Source: a virus. From it: a DNA stretch of 64,000 nt. The position numbers and the translations under genes were made by a program. The notes beneath the pieces are model-generated. The model worked only from the letters and a program-made list of their open reading frames with translations. It was not told the DNA's origin and did no database searches. Position 1 is the stretch's first letter. Each line of letters opens with the position of its first letter. This document shows positions 1 to 8,223 of this stretch, piece by piece. The stretch spans positions 1 to 64,000 of IMG/VR virus record IMGVR_UViG_3300042691_021691; one strand, written 5' to 3'.

Positions 1-271
1 ATATTGTGGCTAATGGGGTTCCAGAGTAGCTATTCCCTAGATAGACGTTGTTTCTGTCTAGTGTGGCGAGGACGGTGCCGGAACTGGAATTACCCGCATA
101 TAGTCTATTATTTGATATCGTATAGAGCGGGGTACCAGATAAACTTAAATTTTTATATACTCTTTTATTATCAACGGTGGTAAGCATAGGGGTGCCTGAG
201 TAGCTGTTTCCCTTATACACATAGGAGGGATCGTATAACGCCTCTCCTAAAATATCTTTAAATGTTATCAT
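1..271 (-). CDS. Partial ORF (runs off window), ~20-aa repeat protein (YxGNSxSGTPLxT)
   Basis: Manual translation MITFKDILGEALYDPSYVYKGNSYSGTPMLTT...VYLGNSYSGTPLATI; ATG overlaps the TGA of the upstream QueC-like gene. Confidence 0.7.
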   Translation of the reverse strand, partial: MITFKDILGEALYDPSYVYKGNSYSGTPMLTTVDNKRVYKNLSLSGTPLYTISNNRLYAGNSSSGTVLATLDRNNVYLGNSYSGTPLATI

Positions 272-972
272 TGATTAAAATGGGCAAGGAGTTGTTCTCT
301 GGCTAGGCAACGAGGGCACTGTCCACAAGATTTTAATAGGTTATTTAATACGGCACTGGTCTGTAACGCCACGCTATTAGTACATGAAAATGTTAATTCT
401 ACAAGTTCTTTGCCGAGATAGAGTCCGTAATTAAACTTAGTATCCGTGGCACTTTCTGGAAGAAGGGCAAAGCGGCAATACGTAGTGTGTTGGAGTGCGG
501 GGTCAAGATAGTCTTGCATACGCTCCCACGCCGCCGCAATATCCTCACCAAACTGCACCATCTTTGTTATAGCAGAGATATCTGTATTTGGTAATAGCTG
601 GGTTAAATCGTCATGTGCTGCGCCAATTACCATTTTCTTTATTCTACGAGTCTGTGCTGATTGTTGTACCAAACTAATAACTGCTGGTCCACGCGCCCAA
701 CAATTTTTCCAATCTGCTTGAAACGTGGTATAAGTAAACGGACGAATTTGTGATAATAGTGGATATAAGGCATCGCAGGCTCCTTTTTCTCCAATCATTC
801 TAAAGTCGGAGAGTCGGTCGGAAAGTATACCCCAATAGTCTGCGTAAATGGGATTTTGAGTATTTTCTAATAACCATTTTAATGCGTAAGTTGAGTCGAT
901 TCCACCTCCCCATGATACTAAAATAGGTTCGGTTGGATCCAATAAATCTATATTAATATGCGGAAGTGACAT
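268..972 (-). CDS. QueC-like PP-loop ATPase (7-cyano-7-deazaguanine synthase-like)
   Basis: SWGGGIDST PP-loop and C-terminal SC...CGQCPRC zinc motif; start moved to MSLPHI (972) to avoid overlap with the divergent gene. Confidence 0.7.
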   Translation of the reverse strand: MSLPHINIDLLDPTEPILVSWGGGIDSTYALKWLLENTQNPIYADYWGILSDRLSDFRMIGEKGACDALYPLLSQIRPFTYTTFQADWKNCWARGPAVISLVQQSAQTRRIKKMVIGAAHDDLTQLLPNTDISAITKMVQFGEDIAAAWERMQDYLDPALQHTTYCRFALLPESATDTKFNYGLYLGKELVELTFSCTNSVALQTSAVLNNLLKSCGQCPRCLAREQLLAHFNQ

Positions 973-980
973 AGTACCCC

Positions 981-1009
981 TTGACAAAGTAACGGTTGTA
1001 AGATATATA
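981..1009 (+). promoter_or_regulatory. sigma70-like promoter
   Basis: TTGACA-17nt-TATATA upstream of 1046. Confidence 0.55.
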
Positions 1010-1045
1010 TAAATATGGATAATTACATTTAAAGAGGATACTTTT

Positions 1046-1789
1046 ATGGCGGCTCCCGTGGTTACGTTAAATAAAGATAAAATCTTGGTAGTAGATAACA
1101 TTCTATCAAACGAAGAAGCAGTAGTATTGGCACTGGCGGCACAAAATCGTCCTACACAACCAAGTGATCCGGACCTATATCTGTGGAGTGAGTTGTATTC
1201 TATGGAGCGTGGGAACGCCTTACCGTTTACACACGAAGCACGAAATGTAATGGAGCAGGTGCAATTTCGTATAATGCAGTTGATGGAAAGTGAATTGGGG
1301 TTACCGCGATTTAAAATGCAATATAGTGGAATTGCCATTTCAAGTAAGGGTTTCAATTATCATGCCGATGCGGTGTGGCCTGCCGATGAAGACAAGCGAT
1401 TTATGGGAACGCCAACGGAAGCCCAAGGCGACTATTCAACGTTTATTGATAGGTCAAACGACGAATGGGTTCCAAATTACGTGCCAGCGCGATTTTATAC
1501 ATCGGTATTATATTTAAATGCAGATTTTCAAGGTGGACATACTATTTTCCCACAACACAACATTGATGTAACGCCACGACAAGGCAGATTTGTTGCGTTT
1601 CCGTGCGGCAGAGAACATATTCACGGTGTTCGTCCAAGCAGAGGATATCGATTTGCATTTAATACGTGGTATGAAAAGGTATTCACCTATCAAGATCAAA
1701 AGGCACACGAGAGCACTAAAAATCTAGAAAACGTGTTTGAAGTGGTCAACGAAATTCAAAACAGTGCATTGACTGTAACCGTAGTATAA
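1046..1789 (+). CDS. 2OG-Fe(II) oxygenase (prolyl 4-hydroxylase-like)
   Basis: HAD...YLNADFQGG...HIHGV...R motifs; GAGGA RBS. Confidence 0.85.
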   Translation: MAAPVVTLNKDKILVVDNILSNEEAVVLALAAQNRPTQPSDPDLYLWSELYSMERGNALPFTHEARNVMEQVQFRIMQLMESELGLPRFKMQYSGIAISSKGFNYHADAVWPADEDKRFMGTPTEAQGDYSTFIDRSNDEWVPNYVPARFYTSVLYLNADFQGGHTIFPQHNIDVTPRQGRFVAFPCGREHIHGVRPSRGYRFAFNTWYEKVFTYQDQKAHESTKNLENVFEVVNEIQNSALTVTVV

Positions 1790-1834
1790 ATTGTGCAACG
1801 CAAAAATTTCTTTTATATATTAAATTCTATTTTT

Positions 1835-2008
1835 ATGAATTTCACGGCAATTTTGATATTGACTTTATTGGTAATATTGACTATAGTAGTTATTGTTGCC
1901 GTTCCATTATCACTGCTAATGTTTTATATAACAGAAACTATTTTATTGAAGTTTAAACAAAGGAGACAACAAGATGGAAGCATCAACATTTCTAACAGAC
2001 AAGCATAA
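1835..2008 (+). CDS. Small membrane protein
   Basis: Hydrophobic ORF from ATG 1835. Confidence 0.4.
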   Translation: MNFTAILILTLLVILTIVVIVAVPLSLLMFYITETILLKFKQRRQQDGSINISNRQA

Positions 2009-2234
2009 GAAAACCATTAAGCGTATTTTTAATATTATTTCTATTATTATTATCGTAATGGTAGCCGTTATGTTGGAGACTAAGATCTCTTCTATTATCT
2101 ATAAGAAGGAATCAGAAACGGCATCGTATCGGTGCCCTTCACTGTTTAGCATTACCCGATCTGCTCGCGATACGCTAATTGTTATGCGGGTGGAACCGGT
2201 CTGTAGAACCTACGTACTTGAAAATCTAAAGTAG
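1974..2234 (+). CDS. Hypothetical membrane protein
   Basis: AGGAG RBS, one TM segment. Confidence 0.6.
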   Translation: MEASTFLTDKHKKTIKRIFNIISIIIIVMVAVMLETKISSIIYKKESETASYRCPSLFSITRSARDTLIVMRVEPVCRTYVLENLK

Positions 2235-2242
2235 AGTATGTT

Positions 2243-2431
2243 ATGTCTGACATCCAAGTAGGTCTCGGTTCGTATGCATTGTGTCGCCCATCACAAATGA
2301 TCGTGCAAGTAATTTCGTCGCCATATAAAGTGGAAGATGAAATTGTAACGGATGTTAGGTTGGTATTTGATCCAATGACTACATTTACTACGAATGTTAA
2401 GGATTTGGAAGTAATACAAGAACTACAGTAG
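2243..2431 (+). CDS. Hypothetical protein
   Basis: ORF tightly packed in operon. Confidence 0.55.
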   Translation: MSDIQVGLGSYALCRPSQMIVQVISSPYKVEDEIVTDVRLVFDPMTTFTTNVKDLEVIQELQ

Positions 2432-2434
2432 GAC

Positions 2435-2462
2435 TTGACATTTATTCACAATTGTGTATATT
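2435..2462 (+). promoter_or_regulatory. sigma70-like promoter
   Basis: TTGACA-16nt-TATATT. Confidence 0.55.
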
Positions 2463-2481
2463 TATGATACCCGTTGGGAGC

Positions 2482-2628
2482 GGGTAGATATCGTAGAGGT
2501 ATTATCGCGGTAGGACAAATTCTCGCGTTGCACGTTTACACGCCACATTGTGCTAAAATTTGTAAACGGATAGCTAGAAAACTTATGAGTGAGGGCATAA
2601 GGCAATAATAATATCTCCGATGTCGCCT
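2482..2628 (+). ncRNA. Rod-shaped structured RNA, 6S-like architecture
   Basis: GATATCG/CGATGTC and GAGGTATTAT/ATAATATCTC closing stems, apical CGTTTACA/TGTAAACG stem, central bubble with CTTATG/CATAAG hairpin. Confidence 0.55.
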
Positions 2629-2641
2629 ATTTATACACACT

Positions 2642-2803
2642 ATGAAAAATATAAAGTCGCCGTGTATAAAAATATGTAAATTAAAAAATAATTACTGCAC
2701 TGGATGTTTGCGAACGATTAATGAAATTGCAAACTGGAAAAATTACACACCAGAAGCCAGAGAAGTAATATTAAAACAATTAGAAAATAGGAAGGGTGGC
2801 TGA
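2642..2803 (+). CDS. DUF1289-like small Cys-rich protein
   Basis: MKNIKSPCIKICKLKNNYCTGCLRTINEIANW; SPC..IC...C.GC.RT..EI..W signature. Confidence 0.8.
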   Translation: MKNIKSPCIKICKLKNNYCTGCLRTINEIANWKNYTPEAREVILKQLENRKGG

Positions 2804-2880
2804 GAGGCTCAAAGCAGCGGTTTGCTAAACCGCCGTACGGAATAAAATCTGTACCGAGGGTTCGAATCCCTCCCTTTCCG
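2790..2880 (+). tRNA. tRNA-Ser(GCT)
   Basis: Cloverleaf with long variable arm, anticodon loop TTGCTAA, GGTTCGAATCC. Confidence 0.95.
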
Positions 2881-2896
2881 CTTTGGAGGGATATAA

Positions 2897-3940
2897 ATGA
2901 AAGATAAAATATTAATACTATCTATGGCAGGATTAATGGATTTGCCAGAAGATACTAGACCACTACACGTGTATTTTGCATCACTAAAAGAATGCGTGGT
3001 GCCGCATTACGACACTAAAGTTATATTATATAATTCGTCGGTAACTAGTGAACATACTAACAGACTAGTTATTGAATATGGATTAGAAGATGTCGTAGAA
3101 GTAAAGCAACTGGAAGATATGGAGTTACCAGAGCGTTCATATGAATTTATGAAATCTGTGGACTACTGGGGCAACCGAATTGGACTAGTCATGAATATGA
3201 TGTTCGATTATGCAAAGAATCGTCATTTCTTTGGTGCACGATGGATATTCCAAACCGATACGGATATAGAATTTCTTCCAAATTTTTCTGAAGTATTAGC
3301 GGCAACCGAAAGTATGCGTATGATAAATCCTGCCTTGGTATTAACACAAGCAGGAGATGTATACGAATACAACATTGTAGTTGGTGAGAATGTAGGGCAT
3401 TTCAAAGCGCCTAGACGATTAGAATTATATAATCAAAACGATCCATTGGAACCGAACTGGCAATCATTTAAATTTACACCACAAAAAACTAATACGACTG
3501 GTCCTCTTTATGGACATTTTAATACTCAACAATTAAAAACTAGAAATGATTTCGTGGGATTGACCCAAGAAGCGGCGTTTAGAACTAATTTTAATTGGAT
3601 TCATGCGGTATCATTTATAAAAATACATAACGCAACGGGGTTTGAAATTAAAAATTACGCAACGTCAGAATTGGAAGCGCAATTTCCCGATCAAGTATGG
3701 CAGTTAGAAAATAAAAATTTTGGAATAGGTATAAATAAGGATAAGGGAAGTTTAGTGGTATATGAATTGCACTCGGGAATACATAATTTAATTCAAATAC
3801 AATTAGCAGGCGCACATTCTATGATGAATCATATTAATGGTGGCTGGACAAATGATCACTACAATCCTAGAGCATTAAGCTGTTTAAGTAGTAAATATCC
3901 ACAATATCAACATATTTGGTCACAAGACTATAAGGAGTAA
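2897..3940 (+). CDS. Hypothetical protein, possible GT-A glycosyltransferase
   Basis: 347 aa, GGAGG RBS, DTD motif after a hydrophobic strand. Confidence 0.5.
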   Translation: MKDKILILSMAGLMDLPEDTRPLHVYFASLKECVVPHYDTKVILYNSSVTSEHTNRLVIEYGLEDVVEVKQLEDMELPERSYEFMKSVDYWGNRIGLVMNMMFDYAKNRHFFGARWIFQTDTDIEFLPNFSEVLAATESMRMINPALVLTQAGDVYEYNIVVGENVGHFKAPRRLELYNQNDPLEPNWQSFKFTPQKTNTTGPLYGHFNTQQLKTRNDFVGLTQEAAFRTNFNWIHAVSFIKIHNATGFEIKNYATSELEAQFPDQVWQLENKNFGIGINKDKGSLVVYELHSGIHNLIQIQLAGAHSMMNHINGGWTNDHYNPRALSCLSSKYPQYQHIWSQDYKE

Positions 3941-3945
3941 TTTAT

Positions 3946-4116
3946 ATGCATGGTTGCGAAGTAAAGTTAGTAAATAAGACGGGAGAACATAATTTCGTTC
4001 TACCAAACGGCAAGTCCGTAAGTTTGACACAGGAAGGAATTGAATTATTTAATTCAAATTTAAATGGAAAGCAAATATACGCCCTTACCGAACAAGCAAT
4101 TAGACAGTTGGATTGA
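3946..4116 (+). CDS. Small hypothetical protein (56 aa)
   Basis: AAGGAG RBS; MHGCEVKLVNKTGEHNFVLPNGKSV... Confidence 0.6.
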   Translation: MHGCEVKLVNKTGEHNFVLPNGKSVSLTQEGIELFNSNLNGKQIYALTEQAIRQLD

Positions 4117-4122
4117 TAGGGG

Positions 4123-4151
4123 TTGACAGGTAGAACTCATCGAGTTATACT
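4123..4151 (+). promoter_or_regulatory. sigma70-like promoter
   Basis: TTGACA-17nt-TATACT before tRNA-Leu. Confidence 0.7.
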
Positions 4152-4172
4152 ACATTCATACGATGGGTTTGC

Positions 4173-4256
4173 GCTTCTGTGGTGGAATCGGTATACACAG
4201 CAGACTTAAAATCTGCCGCCTTCACCGGCTTGCGAGTTCGAGTCTCGCCGGAAGCA
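4173..4256 (+). tRNA. tRNA-Leu(TAA)
   Basis: Cloverleaf, anticodon loop CTTAAAA, variable arm. Confidence 0.95.
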
Positions 4257-4271
4257 TATAAACGAGGTTAT

Positions 4272-4865
4272 ATGGTTAAGTTAATTGCTCAAGATGACGA
4301 TAGAGAAGAGTTAATTGCCAATCATTGTGGATTGATTAGACCACCACAACGGCAAGGAACAAATGTAGTAGATGCCCGAGATACGCTGGGAAATGCCATC
4401 GAAATTAAGTCGGGCACTACAAAAACCGCTATCAATATTTTGAACTTAAATCTAAACATTATTAAAAAATACAGAACATATTATTGGTTGATGGGGCAGG
4501 GCGATTATACGTTAGGTCCTTATAATAATAAAGTATATGTATTAACAGAACTATGGGCTGCTCACCCTTCAAATTTGGAATGGTTTTTTTCTAAACACGA
4601 GAACTGGCTAACTGATAGATTAAGTTTGTTAGATGAATTAAATGCTGCTGCAAATCTACATCCACACAAACAAAAGTTGCTAGACTCTATTAAGACCTCA
4701 ATGGTATCTAAAGGTCCTAGTATGAATATGAATAAAATTCGCAATTCAGGATATCAATTAGATCATACCAATAGCAGTGTCGCAACAGAACAGCTTACGG
4801 AATTTATAAAAAATAATCCAATTGGAATTTCGGTAAATAATACAAAAACGCACAACTGGTGGTAA
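4272..4865 (+). CDS. PD-(D/E)XK endonuclease, PvuII restriction enzyme-like
   Basis: VDARDTLGNAIEIKS catalytic motif; IIKKYRTYYW and HPSNLEWFFSKHE resemble R.PvuII blocks (recalled, not searched); start moved downstream of the tRNA (GAGG RBS). Confidence 0.65.
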   Translation: MVKLIAQDDDREELIANHCGLIRPPQRQGTNVVDARDTLGNAIEIKSGTTKTAINILNLNLNIIKKYRTYYWLMGQGDYTLGPYNNKVYVLTELWAAHPSNLEWFFSKHENWLTDRLSLLDELNAAANLHPHKQKLLDSIKTSMVSKGPSMNMNKIRNSGYQLDHTNSSVATEQLTEFIKNNPIGISVNNTKTHNWW

Positions 4866-4870
4866 TACTT

Positions 4871-5059
4871 ATGGCAAAGGCAAAAGAATTGAACGAATCA
4901 TATCGGGTAAGTTATACGGCGCGAGATCGCAAGACCAATGATGATATTATCAATTTGGAAATGAATTGGGAAAATCGCGACCTTGAAGATGTTAAGAAAA
5001 ATCTAAATACGTGGCTAACTGCTATCGGTGTGCCCCTTGACGTAGTAGACAAGAAGTAG
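4871..5059 (+). CDS. Hypothetical protein
   Basis: ORF from ATG 4871. Confidence 0.6.
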   Translation: MAKAKELNESYRVSYTARDRKTNDDIINLEMNWENRDLEDVKKNLNTWLTAIGVPLDVVDKK

Positions 5060-5065
5060 TATAAT
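5037..5065 (+). promoter_or_regulatory. sigma70-like promoter followed by 5' hairpin
   Basis: TTGACG-17nt-TATAAT, then TGTTGGTG-TGA-CGCCAACA. Confidence 0.7.
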
Positions 5066-5095
5066 ACAAGTGTTGGTGTGACGCCAACACAATCT

Positions 5096-5167
5096 GGACC
5101 GCAAGCATTAATGGTGATGCAGGAGGCTTTTAACCTTCAGAACAGGGATCGTTACCCTGGCGGTCCA
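5096..5167 (+). tRNA. tRNA-Lys(TTT), atypical T-loop
   Basis: GGACCGC/GCGGTCC acceptor, anticodon loop CTTTTAA, T-loop ATCGTTA. Confidence 0.85.
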
Positions 5168-5171
5168 CTCT

Positions 5172-5245
5172 GCCCCGGTAGCTAAATGGTGACAGCACTC
5201 GTCTTATAAGCGAGCGATATGTGGGTTCAAGTCCCACCCGGCGCA
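5172..5245 (+). tRNA. tRNA-Ile(TAT)
   Basis: Anticodon arm CTCGT-CTTATAA-GCGAG; GGTTCAAGTCC. Confidence 0.9.
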
Positions 5246-5321
5246 CTTTGACCACAGTAGTAATGATATCTTACTCGTAATCTGGGGACGGTGTGTTAAA
5301 AGTCGTGAGACACACCAACTT

Positions 5322-5395
5322 GGTCCTTTAGCTCAGTCGGTTAGAGCAGCGAACTCATAATTCGAAGTGCGGGGGTTCAAGTCCCTCAAGGACCA
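5322..5395 (+). tRNA. tRNA(CAT), probably Ile2 (lysidine type)
   Basis: Anticodon loop CTCATAA; ileX-like GGTCCTTTAGCTCAG body. Confidence 0.85.
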
Positions 5396-5398
5396 TAT

Positions 5399-5470
5399 GC
5401 ACGTGTCATATAACGGCTATTATCCTAGCCTTCCAAGCTAGAGACGCGGGTTCGACTCCCGCCACGTGCT
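5399..5470 (+). tRNA. tRNA-Gly(TCC)
   Basis: GCACGTG/CACGTGC acceptor, loop CTTCCAA, U73. Confidence 0.92.
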
Positions 5471-5485
5471 TATTCAGGAGAACAT

Positions 5486-5917
5486 ATGAAAGTATATAAG
5501 AAAATACGAAACTTTACTAAAGCAGAGTTGGAAGAAGAAGTAGGAGAATATTTTCAAAATGCACAAACATTTAAAAAATTTCCTAATCTAGCAAACACTC
5601 CTGAAGAGTTAGTTCGGTTAATAAAAGACGCAGAAGTAGCAGTATTAACAAAAAAGCAATTGATGTCACTTGATAATTCTGACGTAGGCGATGTTCTTAA
5701 ATCAGATGATCCGTATAAACAAGCGACACAGATAGCGAAAGAAAATGAAAGAAATATTAATAAAATTTTTAAGGGTATAATTAATAATTCTACATTTCCT
5801 ATGCCGATAGTAATAAATAAATCAGGTAATTTATATTTAATGGCGGGAAATACAAGACTATGTGCGTTTGCTGCATTAAATATGACAATACCTGTAAAAA
5901 TAATAATTAGTAGTTAA
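5486..5917 (+). CDS. ParB/Srx-like domain protein
   Basis: MPIVI...LMAGNTRL motif. Confidence 0.55.
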   Translation: MKVYKKIRNFTKAELEEEVGEYFQNAQTFKKFPNLANTPEELVRLIKDAEVAVLTKKQLMSLDNSDVGDVLKSDDPYKQATQIAKENERNINKIFKGIINNSTFPMPIVINKSGNLYLMAGNTRLCAFAALNMTIPVKIIISS

Positions 5918-5928
5918 CTTATATATTT

Positions 5929-6465
5929 ATGCCTAATGTCTTTTTAATATCCGATACACATTTTGGTCACGCAAACATTTGTAAGTTTTTGCGAACCGAT
6001 GGTACAAAATTACGACATTGGGATGACGTAGATGAGATGGACAAAGCTCTTATCAACAATTGGAATAATGTTGTAGGAGTAAATGATAAAGTATACCATT
6101 TAGGTGACGTATTTATTAATCGTAAACATCGATTTATATTAAATCATTTGAATGGAAAAAAGGTCTTGATTAAGGGCAATCACGATATCTTTGATTTAGA
6201 GAATTACACTCCATTTTTTAAAGACATCAGAGCATATCACAAATTAGATAAATGTATCTTAAGTCATATTCCGATTCATCCACGGCAACTTGGGCGGTTC
6301 AAGGGTAACATTCACGGACACTTACATGAACACATCGTATCAGACAGTCAGGGAAAGCCAGATCCAAGATACATGACAGTTTGTGTTGAACATATCAACT
6401 ACACCCCGATAGAACTCTCAGTTGCTCTGCGTCATTTTGATCAAGTAGAAATTAACGAAATGTAG
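5929..6465 (+). CDS. Calcineurin-like metallophosphoesterase
   Basis: SDTHFGH, HLGD, GNHD, HGHLH motifs. Confidence 0.9.
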   Translation: MPNVFLISDTHFGHANICKFLRTDGTKLRHWDDVDEMDKALINNWNNVVGVNDKVYHLGDVFINRKHRFILNHLNGKKVLIKGNHDIFDLENYTPFFKDIRAYHKLDKCILSHIPIHPRQLGRFKGNIHGHLHEHIVSDSQGKPDPRYMTVCVEHINYTPIELSVALRHFDQVEINEM

Positions 6466-6474
6466 TAAAATTTA

Positions 6475-6533
6475 ATATTTATAGTTGTATATAAAGGTTT
6501 ATGTAACGGTAATACTGTTATGTAAACCTTTAT
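6475..6533 (+). promoter_or_regulatory. ATATTTATA late-type motif followed by a long hairpin
   Basis: ATATTTATA at 6475; inverted repeat ATAAAGGTTTA.../...TAAACCTTTAT at 6491-6533. Confidence 0.5.
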
Positions 6534-6544
6534 TGTTTTGTACT

Positions 6545-6661
6545 ATGTTTTATTTCGATGCGTTTCTTGGATGTATGGTCGGTACTTTAATATGTTTTGC
6601 GTTCTTACCTGTTATTGTATGGTTCTGGGGAAAGGTTTTTCATAACATTAACCGAGAATGA
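6545..6661 (+). CDS. Small membrane peptide (38 aa)
   Basis: MFYFDAFLGCMVGTLICFAFLPVIVWFWGKVFHNINRE; TGA overlaps the next ATG. Confidence 0.45.
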   Translation: MFYFDAFLGCMVGTLICFAFLPVIVWFWGKVFHNINRE

Positions 6662-7155
6662 ATATGGCAAAGGATAGCGGACTAGATCCGAAAATGCAGT
6701 TAAAAAAGACACAAATTGAGGCATCTATTGAATTAAAGCGTCAAGAATTATTGGCGGATTTGGAGTTAAAGAAAACAGAAACAGATTTAAAGCGATTAGA
6801 AGGAAATTCTACTGCAAAGGAAGTAGCAAGCAAAGTTATTGGTAAAACGGCAGTACCTTGGATTGTTCTTTTAGTAATTGTGGGCGTAGTAGCTAGCGCA
6901 TTTCTCCCGTCCTCATCACTACCCGCAGTAATAGGATTAGTATCAACGGCAGTAATGGCAATGATTAGTATGTTGGCAGGGATTACAGGCACGACAGAAA
7001 AGGAAGAAAAGCCTGAAATTGAAATTATCAAGAGTCTTATTAAGCAGCTGGATGAAACTCGCGAAGCAATGAACGTAGAAATTGATGGTGATAATGTATT
7101 GGTATCAAAGGGAGACACTACAATGAAAACCTCTAATAAGAAAAGAGGTAGATAA
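6658..7155 (+). CDS. Membrane protein (2 TM), lysis-cluster associated
   Basis: Coiled N-terminus plus two hydrophobic helices. Confidence 0.65.
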   Translation: MNMAKDSGLDPKMQLKKTQIEASIELKRQELLADLELKKTETDLKRLEGNSTAKEVASKVIGKTAVPWIVLLVIVGVVASAFLPSSSLPAVIGLVSTAVMAMISMLAGITGTTEKEEKPEIEIIKSLIKQLDETREAMNVEIDGDNVLVSKGDTTMKTSNKKRGR

Positions 7156-7157
7156 TA

Positions 7158-7544
7158 ATGTTTATACCAAATAAAACCTTTAATGCAATAAAAGTAAGTA
7201 TTTTATCAACTATTATGATATTGCTTTTAGTTATTGCAGCAGAATCCGTTTTATATATTCGCCTTTCACAAAATACTAATAAAAAAATAGAAACACTGAG
7301 CGCACAACTGGATTCTGTATCAAATCAAACAAACACATTTAAGGTGACATCATCTAATAAACACAAAATTGTAGACAACCAAATAACCGATGCGGTCACA
7401 TCAATTGCAGAAATATCCACTGGAATTGACGCAATCAATACACAGATAGCAAATAACAAAAGAATGATTGATATTTTAGTTGATAACCAATGTGATGTTC
7501 GACCTTATTATCTAGATAAGCGACTAGCAGAATTTTGCAAATAA
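7158..7544 (+). CDS. TM-anchored coiled-coil protein (i-spanin-like candidate)
   Basis: N-terminal TM, coiled coil, C-terminal cysteines; next to lysins. Confidence 0.45.
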   Translation: MFIPNKTFNAIKVSILSTIMILLLVIAAESVLYIRLSQNTNKKIETLSAQLDSVSNQTNTFKVTSSNKHKIVDNQITDAVTSIAEISTGIDAINTQIANNKRMIDILVDNQCDVRPYYLDKRLAEFCK

Positions 7545-7560
7545 TATAACGGAGATAGTC

Positions 7561-7887
7561 ATGTCTGACGAAGTTACAAATTCTAAAAGTCAACTTGTAG
7601 AAAAAATTGTTTTTGGTGCCGTACCTATTCTTTTATCGTGTATAGGTTATTTGCTGGTGGCACTCAATGATATGGAAAACAAAATTACGGTTCTTGAAAG
7701 TAAAGTTGCGGTAGTAGTATCGGCGGAAAATAAACCAATTCCTCCCGACGGTACGACGATAGCAATGGAACAAATTCGCGCCCAAGCAACAGAAGCTCGT
7801 GCTGAACTTAAACTGGAAGCGGCAATGGCTCGCGCCGAACTTGATAAGCGAATAACGGTTTTGGAAGATAAAACAAACCGACGATAG
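7561..7887 (+). CDS. TM-anchored coiled-coil protein
   Basis: One TM plus heptads; GGAG RBS. Confidence 0.6.
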   Translation: MSDEVTNSKSQLVEKIVFGAVPILLSCIGYLLVALNDMENKITVLESKVAVVVSAENKPIPPDGTTIAMEQIRAQATEARAELKLEAAMARAELDKRITVLEDKTNRR

Positions 7888-7896
7888 GAGTAATAT

Positions 7897-8223
7897 ATGG
7901 CTAAGACTGTAGATTTAACAAAGTTACCAGAAGCAAACACTATGGTATCAAAGTTTACGCAAATTTTTAAAGATAATAATGACTGGAATGAAAAAACTAT
8001 TATTGGATTTATGTCATTTACAGTTATGGTTATTGTTGCTGCAATTGATTTAATCACGGGATTGGAAGGAAAAAATTTAGAAATTAAAGATTATATTTAT
8101 AATTCATTTGTGATGTTAACCCTTGGATCATTTGGTATTGCTGGATTAGAGAAATTTTCACCGGTCGCAAAAGCTAAAGCAGAAGCACAATTAAATAATT
8201 CATATGAAGAAATTGTAGAATGA
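7897..8223 (+). CDS. Small 2-TM membrane protein (holin candidate)
   Basis: Two TMs, upstream of lysins. Confidence 0.45.
   Translation: MAKTVDLTKLPEANTMVSKFTQIFKDNNDWNEKTIIGFMSFTVMVIVAAIDLITGLEGKNLEIKDYIYNSFVMLTLGSFGIAGLEKFSPVAKAKAEAQLNNSYEEIVE

Noticed and set aside
973-1356. N-terminal extension of the 362-aa minus-strand ORF
   Set aside because: It is antisense to the 2OG oxygenase and its promoter; QueC-like similarity begins only after Met at 972.
4179-4271. GTG start of the 228-aa ORF
   Set aside because: It lies inside tRNA-Leu; ATG 4272 has a GAGG RBS.
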